A program made the translations under genes and the position numbers. DNA of 64,000 bases from a virus, in the UHGV virus genome UHGV-0165490. One strand, given 5' to 3'. Below the pieces are notes generated by a model. That model saw nothing but the letters and a program-made list of their open reading frames with translations. It ran no database searches and had not been told where the DNA came from. Shown here piece after piece: positions 31,055 through 41,450 of the stretch; positions within the stretch are counted from its first letter, which is position 1; each line of letters starts with the position of its first letter.

Positions 31055-33072
31055 CTATACATATGTGGAATTCTTTCATGAAGAGTATTGCCAATTTTAA
31101 TTGCGGTTTCCTCTCCCTTTTTACCTTTCATAAGATCAATCACTTCCTGAATTTTTTCAATTAAACTCTCCCCCACTTCCGCGATCTTAATACTCATATT
31201 ATCCAATCCATTTTCAACCGCTGCACTCGCCCATTCATAATCAGTTGTCATTCGCTTTCCACCCTCAATATATCTATCTCCTCCCTCATCAGTTAACACA
31301 CCACGAATTTTGGATAAATCACTAAAATCTTTAATCCCCATCAATGTATTAATTTGTGAATAAGAAAGGTTCGGTAGCAGCTCTTTTAATTGCATCCCCT
31401 CGACATCCCTGCTTCCACCTGATAGCCGCCTGTTTTGTTGCAAAAGCGCGGATATATAATCAAGATTCTCCAGGGGATTTTCCATCATTCTCATTGCATC
31501 AAAATACCCCGCGTTAGGATTCACACGATTAACAGCCATCATCTTCATCGCCTGAACAACATTTGAACCACCAGTGCCAGTACTTTGTAAACCCAATGCC
31601 AACGCCGATAATAAGGGACCATTCGCTCCCGTTAAATCCCCTAAATTCTGTATTAATGACGAAGTGTTACGTGCGTTATAACTCCCCGCAATGCCTATCT
31701 GCTGTTCTGCCAATTGCTTATACAAATCGAGGTATTCAGGTAGTAAAATGGGGTTGCCCTGAGCGCGTTGTACATAATCATTAAAATTCCTTATTATACC
31801 CACACCCGTTGCTCTACCCCGAGAAAATCTCTGTAAACGAAACGCGTCCGATATTTGAGAACTTGAAAGACCCAAAGATTTTTGTGCACCTAAAGCTCTC
31901 AACACCTGGTCATCGGTAATATTCGTTGATCCGCTTTGATACATATACTCACCCAACGCGCCAAGACCTTCCTTCATGTTCAATCCCATCGCGCTTAACT
32001 TATCCGTGTTATACAAGGAGCGAGCTCGATCTAACGCAACATGATAATCTCCCCCTGAAAACGCTGAAACTCGACGCCCCGCGAGAGCCACATCATTCTG
32101 CCGTTTAAATGTATAAGCGATTGCACCAAGAATTGCCGTGGCGGTCATAACAATGGGATTAGCTTTCGCTATACCATTCAGAAAACCACCTGAACCAACT
32201 GCCGCGAGAGCCGCGGTTGAAGCAATATTTCCACCTCTTCCACCCCCAACACCATACGTTGCTCTTATATTCTCCACCGCCTCTCTTCTTCTTAAATTCA
32301 CAATAGGATCAGATGAAGGGGCTTTACTTTCTATTTTTTTAATCCAATTCTCAGCATCACTCTTACCGCTTATATGTAATCTTTTTACAAGTTCCGATGC
32401 TTGTTCTTTTGCCTGAGATTTGTTTTCCCGGTATATCGCTTCCAACCGACTCAACACAGCTTTCTGGTACTGTGTTTCTCTTTGAATATTCTTGGACTCC
32501 TCGACGGCTTGCCGGGTATTAATTTTACCCTCTTGTAACTGCGTTTTCAGATCAATTGTCCGGGTAGACTGGTCTTCCGCGATTTGTGTTTTCCGCGCTT
32601 TTATTTGACTCTCAAAAAACGACGTTGTTCCATCTCCACCGCGGATAATTTGATTATATAAACTACGTGCTCTTTCATCTATACTCCCTTGAATCCCCGA
32701 TGCTCCACGTACATATTCAACCGTTCCCCGGGAAGTTTCTTTGTTATAAAAATCTCGCACATAGGATGAAAACATCTGCGCTTTTCTATACTCCCTTTCC
32801 GCGATACTATTGCCTGATTGGAACTCGCGATTTTTTATAAAATCATTCTGATAAGCATATTTTAACCGAGATCTCGCTTCATTAAATTCTTGCCTTGCTC
32901 TTTTTTCTATAAGCTGGATTTGTCTCTCTATCTCCCTGTTTTGTTCAACAGTTGAACGATATTGTGATTTGGATTGCTCTGACACCTTCTTATAAAAATT
33001 CATGGCTGAATCACTCAACCTCCTCAGAGCTTCATCCTCTACGCTTATCCGAACTTTCGCTTGCTGATCCAT
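31051..33072 (-). CDS. Tape measure protein
   Basis: Helical coiled coil with Ala/Gly hydrophobic segment; after tube and chaperone genes. Confidence 0.7.
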   Translation of the reverse strand: MDQQAKVRISVEDEALRRLSDSAMNFYKKVSEQSKSQYRSTVEQNREIERQIQLIEKRARQEFNEARSRLKYAYQNDFIKNREFQSGNSIAEREYRKAQMFSSYVRDFYNKETSRGTVEYVRGASGIQGSIDERARSLYNQIIRGGDGTTSFFESQIKARKTQIAEDQSTRTIDLKTQLQEGKINTRQAVEESKNIQRETQYQKAVLSRLEAIYRENKSQAKEQASELVKRLHISGKSDAENWIKKIESKAPSSDPIVNLRRREAVENIRATYGVGGGRGGNIASTAALAAVGSGGFLNGIAKANPIVMTATAILGAIAYTFKRQNDVALAGRRVSAFSGGDYHVALDRARSLYNTDKLSAMGLNMKEGLGALGEYMYQSGSTNITDDQVLRALGAQKSLGLSSSQISDAFRLQRFSRGRATGVGIIRNFNDYVQRAQGNPILLPEYLDLYKQLAEQQIGIAGSYNARNTSSLIQNLGDLTGANGPLLSALALGLQSTGTGGSNVVQAMKMMAVNRVNPNAGYFDAMRMMENPLENLDYISALLQQNRRLSGGSRDVEGMQLKELLPNLSYSQINTLMGIKDFSDLSKIRGVLTDEGGDRYIEGGKRMTTDYEWASAAVENGLDNMSIKIAEVGESLIEKIQEVIDLMKGKKGEETAIKIGNTLHERIPHMYR

Positions 33073-33364
33073 TTGTTTCTTTTAAAATTTTATCAAACGC
33101 TGCTTTGGCATTCTTAAACAATTCCTCCTTGGGTTTTTCACGATATTTCAAAAAATCTCCCGTATTTGGTTTATACGGTACACCCTTTTCTCTCCCAATC
33201 TCGTTAAAAAGCTGATCCTCTTCCCACTCTCTCCGTATATCTAAAAAATAAGATTCCCTGTGTTGTTTAGACATAAAGGGAATCTTATATTTCTCTCTGA
33301 ACCAACGATCGAGTGGATATTTCATGTTCCATTTTAACATGAAATCTCGATGCTCGCCGGACAT
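33032..33364 (-). CDS. Tail assembly chaperone (downstream)
   Basis: Synteny; DRWFREKYKIPF motif. Confidence 0.55.
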   Translation of the reverse strand: MSGEHRDFMLKWNMKYPLDRWFREKYKIPFMSKQHRESYFLDIRREWEEDQLFNEIGREKGVPYKPNTGDFLKYREKPKEELFKNAKAAFDKILKETNGSASESSDKRRG

Positions 33365-33368
33365 GATC

Positions 33369-33701
33369 TTAAATCTGCATTAATTTTTCCACTTCCTTTA
33401 AAAAAGGAAGAATTTTCTCCGTGTACACTTTTCTTATCTCAGAAAAATCCTTAACCCCCAATTTGTTAAATTCAACCTTCATGTCCTGTAGTAAATCAGG
33501 GCACATAACACGTAGTGTTGCTTCAATATCAATGGCATCTAACGCGGCATTGGTTGAATCCAACATTGTCCTTACCATCGAACCGTACATTCCCGCGGAG
33601 AGAATCTCTTTCTGAACAGCCAAATCACGCATTTGACCAACATTAGGCATTTCAATGGTATAAGTATTACCCTTTAAATCAAAACTAACTCTTTCTTCCA
33701 T
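33369..33701 (-). CDS. Tail assembly chaperone
   Basis: Directly after the tail tube gene. Confidence 0.6.
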   Translation of the reverse strand: MEERVSFDLKGNTYTIEMPNVGQMRDLAVQKEILSAGMYGSMVRTMLDSTNAALDAIDIEATLRVMCPDLLQDMKVEFNKLGVKDFSEIRKVYTEKILPFLKEVEKLMQI

Positions 33702-33710
33702 ATTTAATTT

Positions 33711-34190
33711 TTATTGTATTGTAAAAGGCGTACGATAACGTCCAGAAAAATTAGACGTGGCAATTCCTCCCTGAGTTATTTCCCATGTCACATTCTCTAA
33801 AACACAACCAGCTGCTTTCATCATTGTTTTTCCTGTTTTATCAACGCTTGTTACAAGTTTCGATGCCTCATCGTAATTTTGAACATCTTTTTTGTAAACC
33901 ACGATTGAAAAATCATTCATAATCAATGATAGAGTGTCAATGATTTGATCAACTGAACCCAGGCGATTTAAAATCTTTTTAAACCAAGGCGTATCAAAAC
34001 CAATAAAAAGTACTTGTCCACTAAATTGACAATCATACGCTGTAGCAACGAACTCCTGGACGAGCATATCACCCATACCCCTCACGGGATTTTGGGTGAT
34101 TGTTTCGTTAAACTGCACATTTTGCATAAATCCCACGATTTCGTTATCTATATATACTGTCGCTTGCGGCGACGCAAATGTACTATACAT
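33711..34190 (-). CDS. Tail tube protein
   Basis: 159 aa following the sheath; VGFMQN...VRGMG..E pattern. Confidence 0.8.
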   Translation of the reverse strand: MYSTFASPQATVYIDNEIVGFMQNVQFNETITQNPVRGMGDMLVQEFVATAYDCQFSGQVLFIGFDTPWFKKILNRLGSVDQIIDTLSLIMNDFSIVVYKKDVQNYDEASKLVTSVDKTGKTMMKAAGCVLENVTWEITQGGIATSNFSGRYRTPFTIQ

Positions 34191-34202
34191 ACTTATTTAT
34201 TT

Positions 34203-35873
34203 TTACTGTCTGAATAAAAATCCTGTGAAAAATATCTTATTGATCTCATTATTCACAACAACACCATACGTTACATTGTAATAATCCGCTGTTTTTGTCA
34301 CATTTACATTTCTAAAACTCAAAATTAAATTATCCTGGGTTGTTGTTGCTGTACGTGACTGTAAATAATCCTCCGTCCAATTTTTCAAAATCCCCGCGCT
34401 TAATGTGTTTGAATTTACGCCATTTTCATCACCCAGCAAATCAATCTCAGCATTAACAACCAATTCATGATTTATTTGCTGAATAATTCTCATCATCTGA
34501 AGTGAGAATGATTGCCCGTTTTTATCAAACAAAATTTGGTTATCCTGAAAAGTATTTGTTCCCAACGCAACAACAAATCTTCTCAAACTTGTATTATAAA
34601 CCGTTACAAGAAGACCTGCTTGGATTGCTTTTTCGATTTCATCGTCAGTAAGACGGTGCTTTAACTTTGCTACGCCAATTGTTTTATTTGTAACAGGAAT
34701 CTGCGGTGCTTTCCCATAGCATCGACCCACGATTGAACAAAGATTATACATCACATCCCACCACCGATAACCATCACCCACAGCAGAAGATGCCGTTCCC
34801 ACTCCACCGTGAACAGCCGCTATTAAACACGAATCGAGAGATTTTGCACCAGCCAGTGAAAGAGTTGTGAAATCTTCCTTATCCTCTCCTAATCCCACAA
34901 AAACGGTTCCCGGAAACTTAGCTTTTGAAGCGTTATAAGCAAAAACGACCTGATTTAACGATGAATTATAATTTGTTTGACCGTACTGATCAGTGATTAT
35001 CGCGTTAAATGCGTAATCAGATAGTACGGGTAATACATCATTTAATTCAGCAGTTCCCGTTCCATAATCAGCGGTTCCACCTGTCGCTGCGACAAATGAC
35101 GCAGCAGCGGTAACGTCACTTGAAGTTACGGTACCTGTACTACCCGCGGTTGATGATTCATCTAACTTAAAATACGTATTGAACGCTGTTGATGTTGCTG
35201 CCCACTCAATTAAAGTGTTTAAATTATTAAATTCAGGTGATTCAACAAGTAATTTTGCTTTTGACGATGCTTTTGATTCTTCGTTAAAGGGAATATTGTC
35301 CGTCCATAAACCCGTAAAACTCCCCACCCAAAACTGCATGATATAAGTTCCAGTGGTGGTTCCGGGTGTGATTAAATAAGCATAACCCTTATCGAGGTGA
35401 GCATTTGCGAGCGGCCCATTGTTTGTTGGCCCTGTCGTAACAACACCATTCGCAACAGTACCCTCATCACGTGTTAACACCTTAAATGTACCCCCGCCTT
35501 CCGTTGAGAATGTCATTAGGGCGCTCGTTGTTGTCGCAGCTCTCACAAAACAAAGCTCCGAAACACCCACGGCAGCGGGATTTGATTTATCTGGTAAAAA
35601 TAAGGCTTCAGCTAATTTCCAATAATAGCCTCCTTTAATAAATGATTGAAAATCTTCCAACGATGTAAAGGTGTAAACAGAATTCGAACCAGATGCGAGC
35701 TGTCCATTTATACCCGAACCTCCACCCCAATCTTTTCCTAAAACACCTGTGTCGATGATCAAACAACGGCCATAATCCAAAATCCGCGGAGGATTTGATT
35801 CTCCCGAAATTATAGTGGAATAAGCGCCTGGTATAACCACTTTTTTATTATTAAAATAAACCGGTATAGCCAT
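34203..35873 (-). CDS. Tail sheath protein
   Basis: N-terminal IPGAYS, TNK, AIQAGL; size and synteny. Confidence 0.9.
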   Translation of the reverse strand: MAIPVYFNNKKVVIPGAYSTIISGESNPPRILDYGRCLIIDTGVLGKDWGGGSGINGQLASGSNSVYTFTSLEDFQSFIKGGYYWKLAEALFLPDKSNPAAVGVSELCFVRAATTTSALMTFSTEGGGTFKVLTRDEGTVANGVVTTGPTNNGPLANAHLDKGYAYLITPGTTTGTYIMQFWVGSFTGLWTDNIPFNEESKASSKAKLLVESPEFNNLNTLIEWAATSTAFNTYFKLDESSTAGSTGTVTSSDVTAAASFVAATGGTADYGTGTAELNDVLPVLSDYAFNAIITDQYGQTNYNSSLNQVVFAYNASKAKFPGTVFVGLGEDKEDFTTLSLAGAKSLDSCLIAAVHGGVGTASSAVGDGYRWWDVMYNLCSIVGRCYGKAPQIPVTNKTIGVAKLKHRLTDDEIEKAIQAGLLVTVYNTSLRRFVVALGTNTFQDNQILFDKNGQSFSLQMMRIIQQINHELVVNAEIDLLGDENGVNSNTLSAGILKNWTEDYLQSRTATTTQDNLILSFRNVNVTKTADYYNVTYGVVVNNEINKIFFTGFLFRQ

Positions 35874-35956
35874 TTTATATCGTTATAATTTTAACCTAAT
35901 TCATTTCATACGATAAAGATAAAAATAAAATATCGATACACAACATTTCTAAATAA

Positions 35957-35984
35957 ATAAAGAGAGGAATTATTCCTCTCTTTA
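35957..35984 (-). terminator. Intrinsic terminator upstream of the sheath gene
   Basis: aaagagagga/tcctctcttt stem followed by a T-rich tract on the minus strand; TATCTTTA promoter motif at ~35914-35921. Confidence 0.6.
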
Positions 35985-36055
35985 TAAGAGAACAAGAAAA
36001 ACACGCATGTGAAAATGATTGTACACTGTAAAAATAATAGAAATAAATGATATTA

Positions 36056-36823
36056 TCAACGAAAATATTCATCAATTGCCCTGGCAACAACCTGTTGAAT
36101 ATTCATGTTTCTGACGGCTTTTCCCATTAAATCTTTCTTAACAAACCCACCGTGCCACCAACTTTCAGGGTCACTCTTGTCACTCACCCTTCTAAATGTG
36201 AAATATCCACTTCTTTTCTCTTTAACCGTTGATGAAATATCCTTTCTCACCAAACCCTGGTATATAGGATTTTTATGTGTGTAAGCGCCAACATTCATAT
36301 TCATCCTGCTAATGGCAGCCCGTTCTCCTGGTGAATTATACGCTGGTGGTAAGATTTTTTGCGCTAACGGAGTGCTGCTACTCTTAACTAATTGCAAAAC
36401 TTCACGAGGCAAAACAGAATTAAAAGCACCTGATTCCGCTAATGATTCAGAAGTCGCATGCCTGAACGGTATGGTTAAATACCACCCGCCCCCTTTGGAC
36501 AATTTTCTTTTAGATGAAGTTGAAAACCCTTCCTTTTCATTAAAAGGAGGATACCCTAACTCCATCATCACGGGTACAGGGTTATCTTTCGAATAATTTA
36601 AATTAAAATCTATCGTATTACTCGATATACGTTCAACACTCATTGCGCGTAGATAATCCAATCGTGTTGAACGTAAATTTCTATTTACTTCGTCATTCCA
36701 TGATTGAGAATATCTTTCCGCGAGCTTATCGAGAATATATTCACCCAGGTGCGATGATTCGTCCGCGCTTAATCTTAGCCCCATCGCGATCTCACTTAGA
36801 TCGATCATTACGGGTAAGTTCAT
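36056..36823 (-). CDS. Neck / tail completion protein
   Basis: YLTIPFRH...YFTFRRVSDKSDPESWWH, typical of SPO1/K-type neck proteins. Confidence 0.7.
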   Translation of the reverse strand: MNLPVMIDLSEIAMGLRLSADESSHLGEYILDKLAERYSQSWNDEVNRNLRSTRLDYLRAMSVERISSNTIDFNLNYSKDNPVPVMMELGYPPFNEKEGFSTSSKRKLSKGGGWYLTIPFRHATSESLAESGAFNSVLPREVLQLVKSSSTPLAQKILPPAYNSPGERAAISRMNMNVGAYTHKNPIYQGLVRKDISSTVKEKRSGYFTFRRVSDKSDPESWWHGGFVKKDLMGKAVRNMNIQQVVARAIDEYFR

Positions 36824-37566
36824 AGATCTTCCTCCGAGATGATTTGTGTTTTACCAACAAAAAAATTCGCTCTCCGGGCTATCGCCTGATCGGGTAAATC
36901 GATTTTGGATAAATTCCCGTTTGAATCAACTACATTACTCGCCCTTATTTCGTGTGGTAAATCGATTATATTGTATTGAACGTAGTGTTTATAGTAAACA
37001 GAGATAATCTTGCCGGATAAACTCTTATCAACAATCTCCAGCACATAATTATTCGACTCATTTACGCTATAAGCTGTGTTGGGTAAAAGTTCGGGTTGAT
37101 TTGTTTCAATATTATAAAAATATACACCCAATATCTCTATAGGTTCAAAAGTCAACCACACAAAACTCTTCTCATTTACGAGATAATTTTCTGAATAAAA
37201 CCCGAACTTTTCAGTGAAAGTTATCCTGTCATAAAATGACAATTTAGGTCCTTCATCCTGTATCGTTACTGATATTGTACCCGCTCGATCAATGGTCCAT
37301 TCTTTGTATTTTGTATCAACATTAACACCCGTTATTAACGCACGTGTTTTTACCGGATCAACAAAAAAATATCCATTCCCCCCGCAGGCAGGGCAACCGG
37401 GATTAAAATGTCCAGGTGTACTACCACATGGGCACATAATGGCTTTTTCATGTATCACAAAATATCCCTTCGCCCATACCGCCCTATCAAATTCATTTTT
37501 GATAAATTCGGGAATTGGCCCTGCTAAATTAGGTGACTGTTGTAATGTGATTTTCTTTTCAGCCAT
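36820..37566 (-). CDS. Head closure / neck protein
   Basis: CPC...CPACGGNG zinc motif; synteny. Confidence 0.7.
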   Translation of the reverse strand: MAEKKITLQQSPNLAGPIPEFIKNEFDRAVWAKGYFVIHEKAIMCPCGSTPGHFNPGCPACGGNGYFFVDPVKTRALITGVNVDTKYKEWTIDRAGTISVTIQDEGPKLSFYDRITFTEKFGFYSENYLVNEKSFVWLTFEPIEILGVYFYNIETNQPELLPNTAYSVNESNNYVLEIVDKSLSGKIISVYYKHYVQYNIIDLPHEIRASNVVDSNGNLSKIDLPDQAIARRANFFVGKTQIISEEDL

Positions 37567-37577
37567 GATACCTTACC

Positions 37578-38375
37578 TTATAAAACGACAAATTGATATC
37601 CCTTATATGTCGCACCCACTCTTTTCACGGTCTCCTCAATCTCTTTTTGATAATTAATTAAACGTGCTCCATAACCGGCATTCGTTGCTGATGCTGTTGT
37701 GCTTATACTTTGACTCAACCCATCTATTGATAATGATTGCGACGCGATCCCCGCGGACCCTAAAATCAAATCACCCGCTATATTCAAAGGCCCAAACGTT
37801 GCTAACTTACCCACAACCCCGAGCAAATCCCATGGCATGTGTTCAAAATCGAAACCCGTTATGTATTGATAATTCCAATAATCAGGAATATTTTCAAATC
37901 TCTGTATTCCTATCTGTGTTAATATTCCTGTCAATATCACATCCTGATTCGCGGATGTTCCACCTGACCCCGTGGGGACTATACTTATTCTCCTCCCGCC
38001 TACTTGATCAGGGTCCTTTGCGTACGATAGCCATTCCCGGGGGTATCTAACCTGTTCAATCTTTTTTAACAACCCAACAAGAGCAAGGGGTTGCAAAACA
38101 ATATACTTTGTATTTATAATAGGAAATTGCTCCAGGTAACTATCTTTGTAAAATGATGTTCCCTCAGTGATTAACTGTTTAATAAATTTTATCGAAAACC
38201 AATTTTCAACTGTTTTTTGAGCTTCCCTGATATAAAAAGTAAACGCATCCTCGGAAAACCTCGTCCCGTTGGTTGCGTTTATCTTTATTCCGTAAAGATA
38301 AATATTAAGGATTTCGGCCGCTGAGTAAATTAACCCGGTATTCTTTCCATATTTTATCTCAAACGTTAATTTCAT
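37578..38375 (-). CDS. Head-tail adaptor
   Basis: GIASQSLSIDGLSQSI...GYGAR. Confidence 0.75.
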   Translation of the reverse strand: MKLTFEIKYGKNTGLIYSAAEILNIYLYGIKINATNGTRFSEDAFTFYIREAQKTVENWFSIKFIKQLITEGTSFYKDSYLEQFPIINTKYIVLQPLALVGLLKKIEQVRYPREWLSYAKDPDQVGGRRISIVPTGSGGTSANQDVILTGILTQIGIQRFENIPDYWNYQYITGFDFEHMPWDLLGVVGKLATFGPLNIAGDLILGSAGIASQSLSIDGLSQSISTTASATNAGYGARLINYQKEIEETVKRVGATYKGYQFVVL

Positions 38376-38911
38376 TATTTCTCTGATTCTTTGATAAGTA
38401 AATCAATAAGCACAGCTTTTTTCATCGCCTGATTAACATTCAAATTCATACGTTCTGCCATATCCAGCAATTCATCCTTTGTCATCGATTCTAATTGCGC
38501 TTTAATATCATCGTCCATGGGGTTTTGGACCTCAGCCGGGGCATCTCCCGCGATACCTTCTGTTAAAACAGAATTTGCACGAGCTTTAACCTTATCCACT
38601 TCATCTTTCCACAATTGAACTTCAGCTTTAAGCCTTGAAATTTCCATGTCTTTTGATTCAATAATTTTGTTTAATCTCTCAATCTCCGCGCCCATCACCT
38701 TCTCCTTGTCGGAAAGCTCGTCCATAAGCATTTTTTCAATCGGTGTTTTCTCTTTCGTGACGTTACCTTCAGGAAAAACATACGGGAACTTACTATCCAA
38801 TATCATTTTTCCTAAATTTTCCGATACTTCCGCCTTCGCGCCCTTAAAATGCACTATTTCACCAAAAAATGACAGTTTCTGGTTCAAATATTTTGTTGTT
38901 TCAATGATCAT
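38375..38911 (-). CDS. Coiled-coil protein with C-terminal Rho-N/HeH-like motif
   Basis: LESMTKDELLDMA...MKKAVLIDLL. Confidence 0.6.
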   Translation of the reverse strand: MIIETTKYLNQKLSFFGEIVHFKGAKAEVSENLGKMILDSKFPYVFPEGNVTKEKTPIEKMLMDELSDKEKVMGAEIERLNKIIESKDMEISRLKAEVQLWKDEVDKVKARANSVLTEGIAGDAPAEVQNPMDDDIKAQLESMTKDELLDMAERMNLNVNQAMKKAVLIDLLIKESEK

Positions 38912-38971
38912 ATATGTAAAAATTTAAATGTTAGACAACAGTAAATATATAAAAACTATAGCTTTAAACAA

Positions 38972-39003
38972 AATAATACCCAGAATAAATCCTGGGTATT
39001 ATT
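38972..39003 (-). terminator. Intrinsic terminator after the major capsid gene
   Basis: aataatacccag/ctgggtattatt 12-bp stem. Confidence 0.75.
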
Positions 39004-39033
39004 AACTTATAATATTATGATATATAACAAAAC

Positions 39034-40566
39034 TTACGCCGTTTTCGTTCCGATATTATAAATCATGGTAATTTTTCCAGGAGCATAAGCGCAAGGAGTT
39101 CCATAATTCAAAATTGCAAAACGTCTTGACGGTGAAGTAATAGCGAAATCCATCTTCATCGTATCGGCTAATTGCAGATATTCCAAGATGTCAGCACTAT
39201 TCTGATATACCATCGCAACAGTCGTACCCGCGATAAATCTATTTCTATCTCTAACCAATCCTGCAGCGGCGCCATCCCATCCCGTGGTCAGTGCGTTAAC
39301 AGGAATTTCAAAGATCGGATGGAACTCAGCGGTAGCCAAATTCGCGGCGTCGGCAACAGTTCTGTAAATCACGAAACCTGTTGTGGCGTATGATGACCCA
39401 ACACCGGCGGTAAATTTCAAATCAACTGATTGAGTTTCCATTACTGCTTGGGCTGCATTCGGATTCAATATTACCAATTGACTCAAACCATACCGATTGC
39501 GGGCGGCAACAGCGTAATAGTACGATCCAGCATGACCCGTAAACTTCGTTTTTGTATCCGCGTCAACAACGGCAACCGGGGTGACCCCATCGGCAACCGG
39601 GGCAACCGGGGCAGCAGGGGCTTTATCGGTCGTTTTATCTGATCCTTGTAATCTCGGATATTTCTTCGCGAAGAATGGATCAGATTCAAAATCAATTGAA
39701 CCAAACTGAGTCGCGGTACTCGTTATTTGTAAACCAGATTGACGGTTTGACAAGTTGTTTGAAACTCCCGCAAGATTCAATACCTTGTTCGCCGTATGTT
39801 CGTTCACGTAATTTTGGAACACAATCGGATTCGCCATGATTGATGTCGCGTTACCATACCGATAATTAACAATAGTATTTGATGCTTGTTGGATCATAGC
39901 ATCGGTCAACACACTACCATCAGCATTGATAACAGCGATATCGCCAAAGTACTTATCCAAAATTTCTTCCGAGCTGAGGTTATCGCTACCCCCATAAATG
40001 TCGAGGATTCCCTCCATGTGCTGTTGTAATACTCCGCTAAACTCTGTCGGAACAACCTTACTATTCGCGGTTACAAGAGCAATATCGATTTGCTGCAACA
40101 ATTTCAATGTTTTGTTACGAACCTCGAGCTGATACATGTCCTGGCCCTCGGCCGCAATACGAACCAATGTCGCGGGGTGTGTAACTTGACCACCGATACC
40201 CATAAACTTCGTAACAATCGGTTTACGTCTGTACTCAGAATCAGTAAACTGGGGGGTCTCTCCTTCTAAGTTAAAAATGCCGACATCTTGTCCATACCGA
40301 ACCAATTGATTGTACTGATGAACGGTGTTGTAAATTTTCTTCTTGGGCATACCTTTCCAGAACGCCAAATTTTTCTCAGAAAACTCCAACACCTTAATCA
40401 CTGCATCCAGGGATTCAATTTTTAAACCCCCACCGTTATTTAACTGATCTGCGTATTGCATACCGGTCATCAAACCAGCTTCCATCGCTTTCAACAGATC
40501 GTTGTTCATAAATTCTCCGTTGTCAATACCGGAAACAACGCCACCCGTAAAAATATCTTCAAACAT
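39034..40566 (-). CDS. Major capsid protein (with FN3-like insertion)
   Basis: GGGLKIESLD, TVHQYNQ, EGETP, EFSG; YYYAVAARNRYG; LLKA propeptide site. Confidence 0.93.
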   Translation of the reverse strand: MFEDIFTGGVVSGIDNGEFMNNDLLKAMEAGLMTGMQYADQLNNGGGLKIESLDAVIKVLEFSEKNLAFWKGMPKKKIYNTVHQYNQLVRYGQDVGIFNLEGETPQFTDSEYRRKPIVTKFMGIGGQVTHPATLVRIAAEGQDMYQLEVRNKTLKLLQQIDIALVTANSKVVPTEFSGVLQQHMEGILDIYGGSDNLSSEEILDKYFGDIAVINADGSVLTDAMIQQASNTIVNYRYGNATSIMANPIVFQNYVNEHTANKVLNLAGVSNNLSNRQSGLQITSTATQFGSIDFESDPFFAKKYPRLQGSDKTTDKAPAAPVAPVADGVTPVAVVDADTKTKFTGHAGSYYYAVAARNRYGLSQLVILNPNAAQAVMETQSVDLKFTAGVGSSYATTGFVIYRTVADAANLATAEFHPIFEIPVNALTTGWDGAAAGLVRDRNRFIAGTTVAMVYQNSADILEYLQLADTMKMDFAITSPSRRFAILNYGTPCAYAPGKITMIYNIGTKTA

Positions 40567-40595
40567 AACTATATTTTCGTTTTAATCTAATTTAC

Positions 40596-41402
40596 TTATT
40601 CAATCACAATTCCCGCACTTCGAAGAACATTCATTCCTTCTTGTGAGATATTGTTTGACCCAGAAAGACCAAATGTTAAAATGTCTTCACCAAGAGACTT
40701 TTTAATATTCATATCTTTCTCCTCGCTAAAACTCTTTGACAGTACACTCTTAATCGCTTCTCTATGGGAAGGATTGTTAACATTCAACACTTTCTTGCCT
40801 TCGCTGTTTGTGTTAACACCCATTGATTTCTCGAGATATGCCGCGTGAGGAACAGTCTTGAATGAACCGGGTTGATTTTTTAACTCATTCACCTGGGACT
40901 GCATGGATTTTTCCAGCATAGCAAATTTTTCATCGATGATAGAAGCAACCATCTCTTTCATTGAGTTGAAGGATTTCATGATCTCATCCGAAAATGATTT
41001 CTCCATCTCCTCTTTTACTTCCTCTTTGCCAGCCTTTTCTCCTTCCTTGTAATCTCTCTCACGATGTTTCCGAGCTTTATTTTCATCGTACTCAATTTCA
41101 TCTTTGACGGTGCGTTTTTTATTTTTCTCCAATTCATCCTCCTCTTCTTTCTCACCTTTCTTTTTGCCCGCTTCGTAAGCTTCTCTTTCGTGCTCTCCCG
41201 CTTTTTTCTCGTCATATACGGTTTCTTCCTTCACGGTGTACCGTGATTTTAACGTAATATCACCCTTGGCAATATTTCCGATAATCCAATCGTGTCCAAA
41301 ACCATCAGATACAAGGGATTTCACAACATCATCATTGATATAATCGTTGACTATAATTCCTTCGTGATCCAATCGATTTATGATCTCACTTGATAAATCC
41401 AT
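40596..41402 (-). CDS. Capsid scaffold protein
   Basis: Highly charged, many x-x-K-S motifs, between protease and MCP. Confidence 0.7.
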   Translation of the reverse strand: MDLSSEIINRLDHEGIIVNDYINDDVVKSLVSDGFGHDWIIGNIAKGDITLKSRYTVKEETVYDEKKAGEHEREAYEAGKKKGEKEEEDELEKNKKRTVKDEIEYDENKARKHRERDYKEGEKAGKEEVKEEMEKSFSDEIMKSFNSMKEMVASIIDEKFAMLEKSMQSQVNELKNQPGSFKTVPHAAYLEKSMGVNTNSEGKKVLNVNNPSHREAIKSVLSKSFSEEKDMNIKKSLGEDILTFGLSGSNNISQEGMNVLRSAGIVIE

Positions 41403-41450
41403 ATTCTTTAATTTTAATTTTGACCTAAATCTCGTGATAAATATATAATC

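Noticed and set aside
33360..33410. Programmed -1 frameshift joining the two tail chaperones at T-TTT-TTA / T-TTA-AAG
   Set aside because: The downstream ORF is in the +1 frame, not -1, and that frame has TAA stops right after the slippery run
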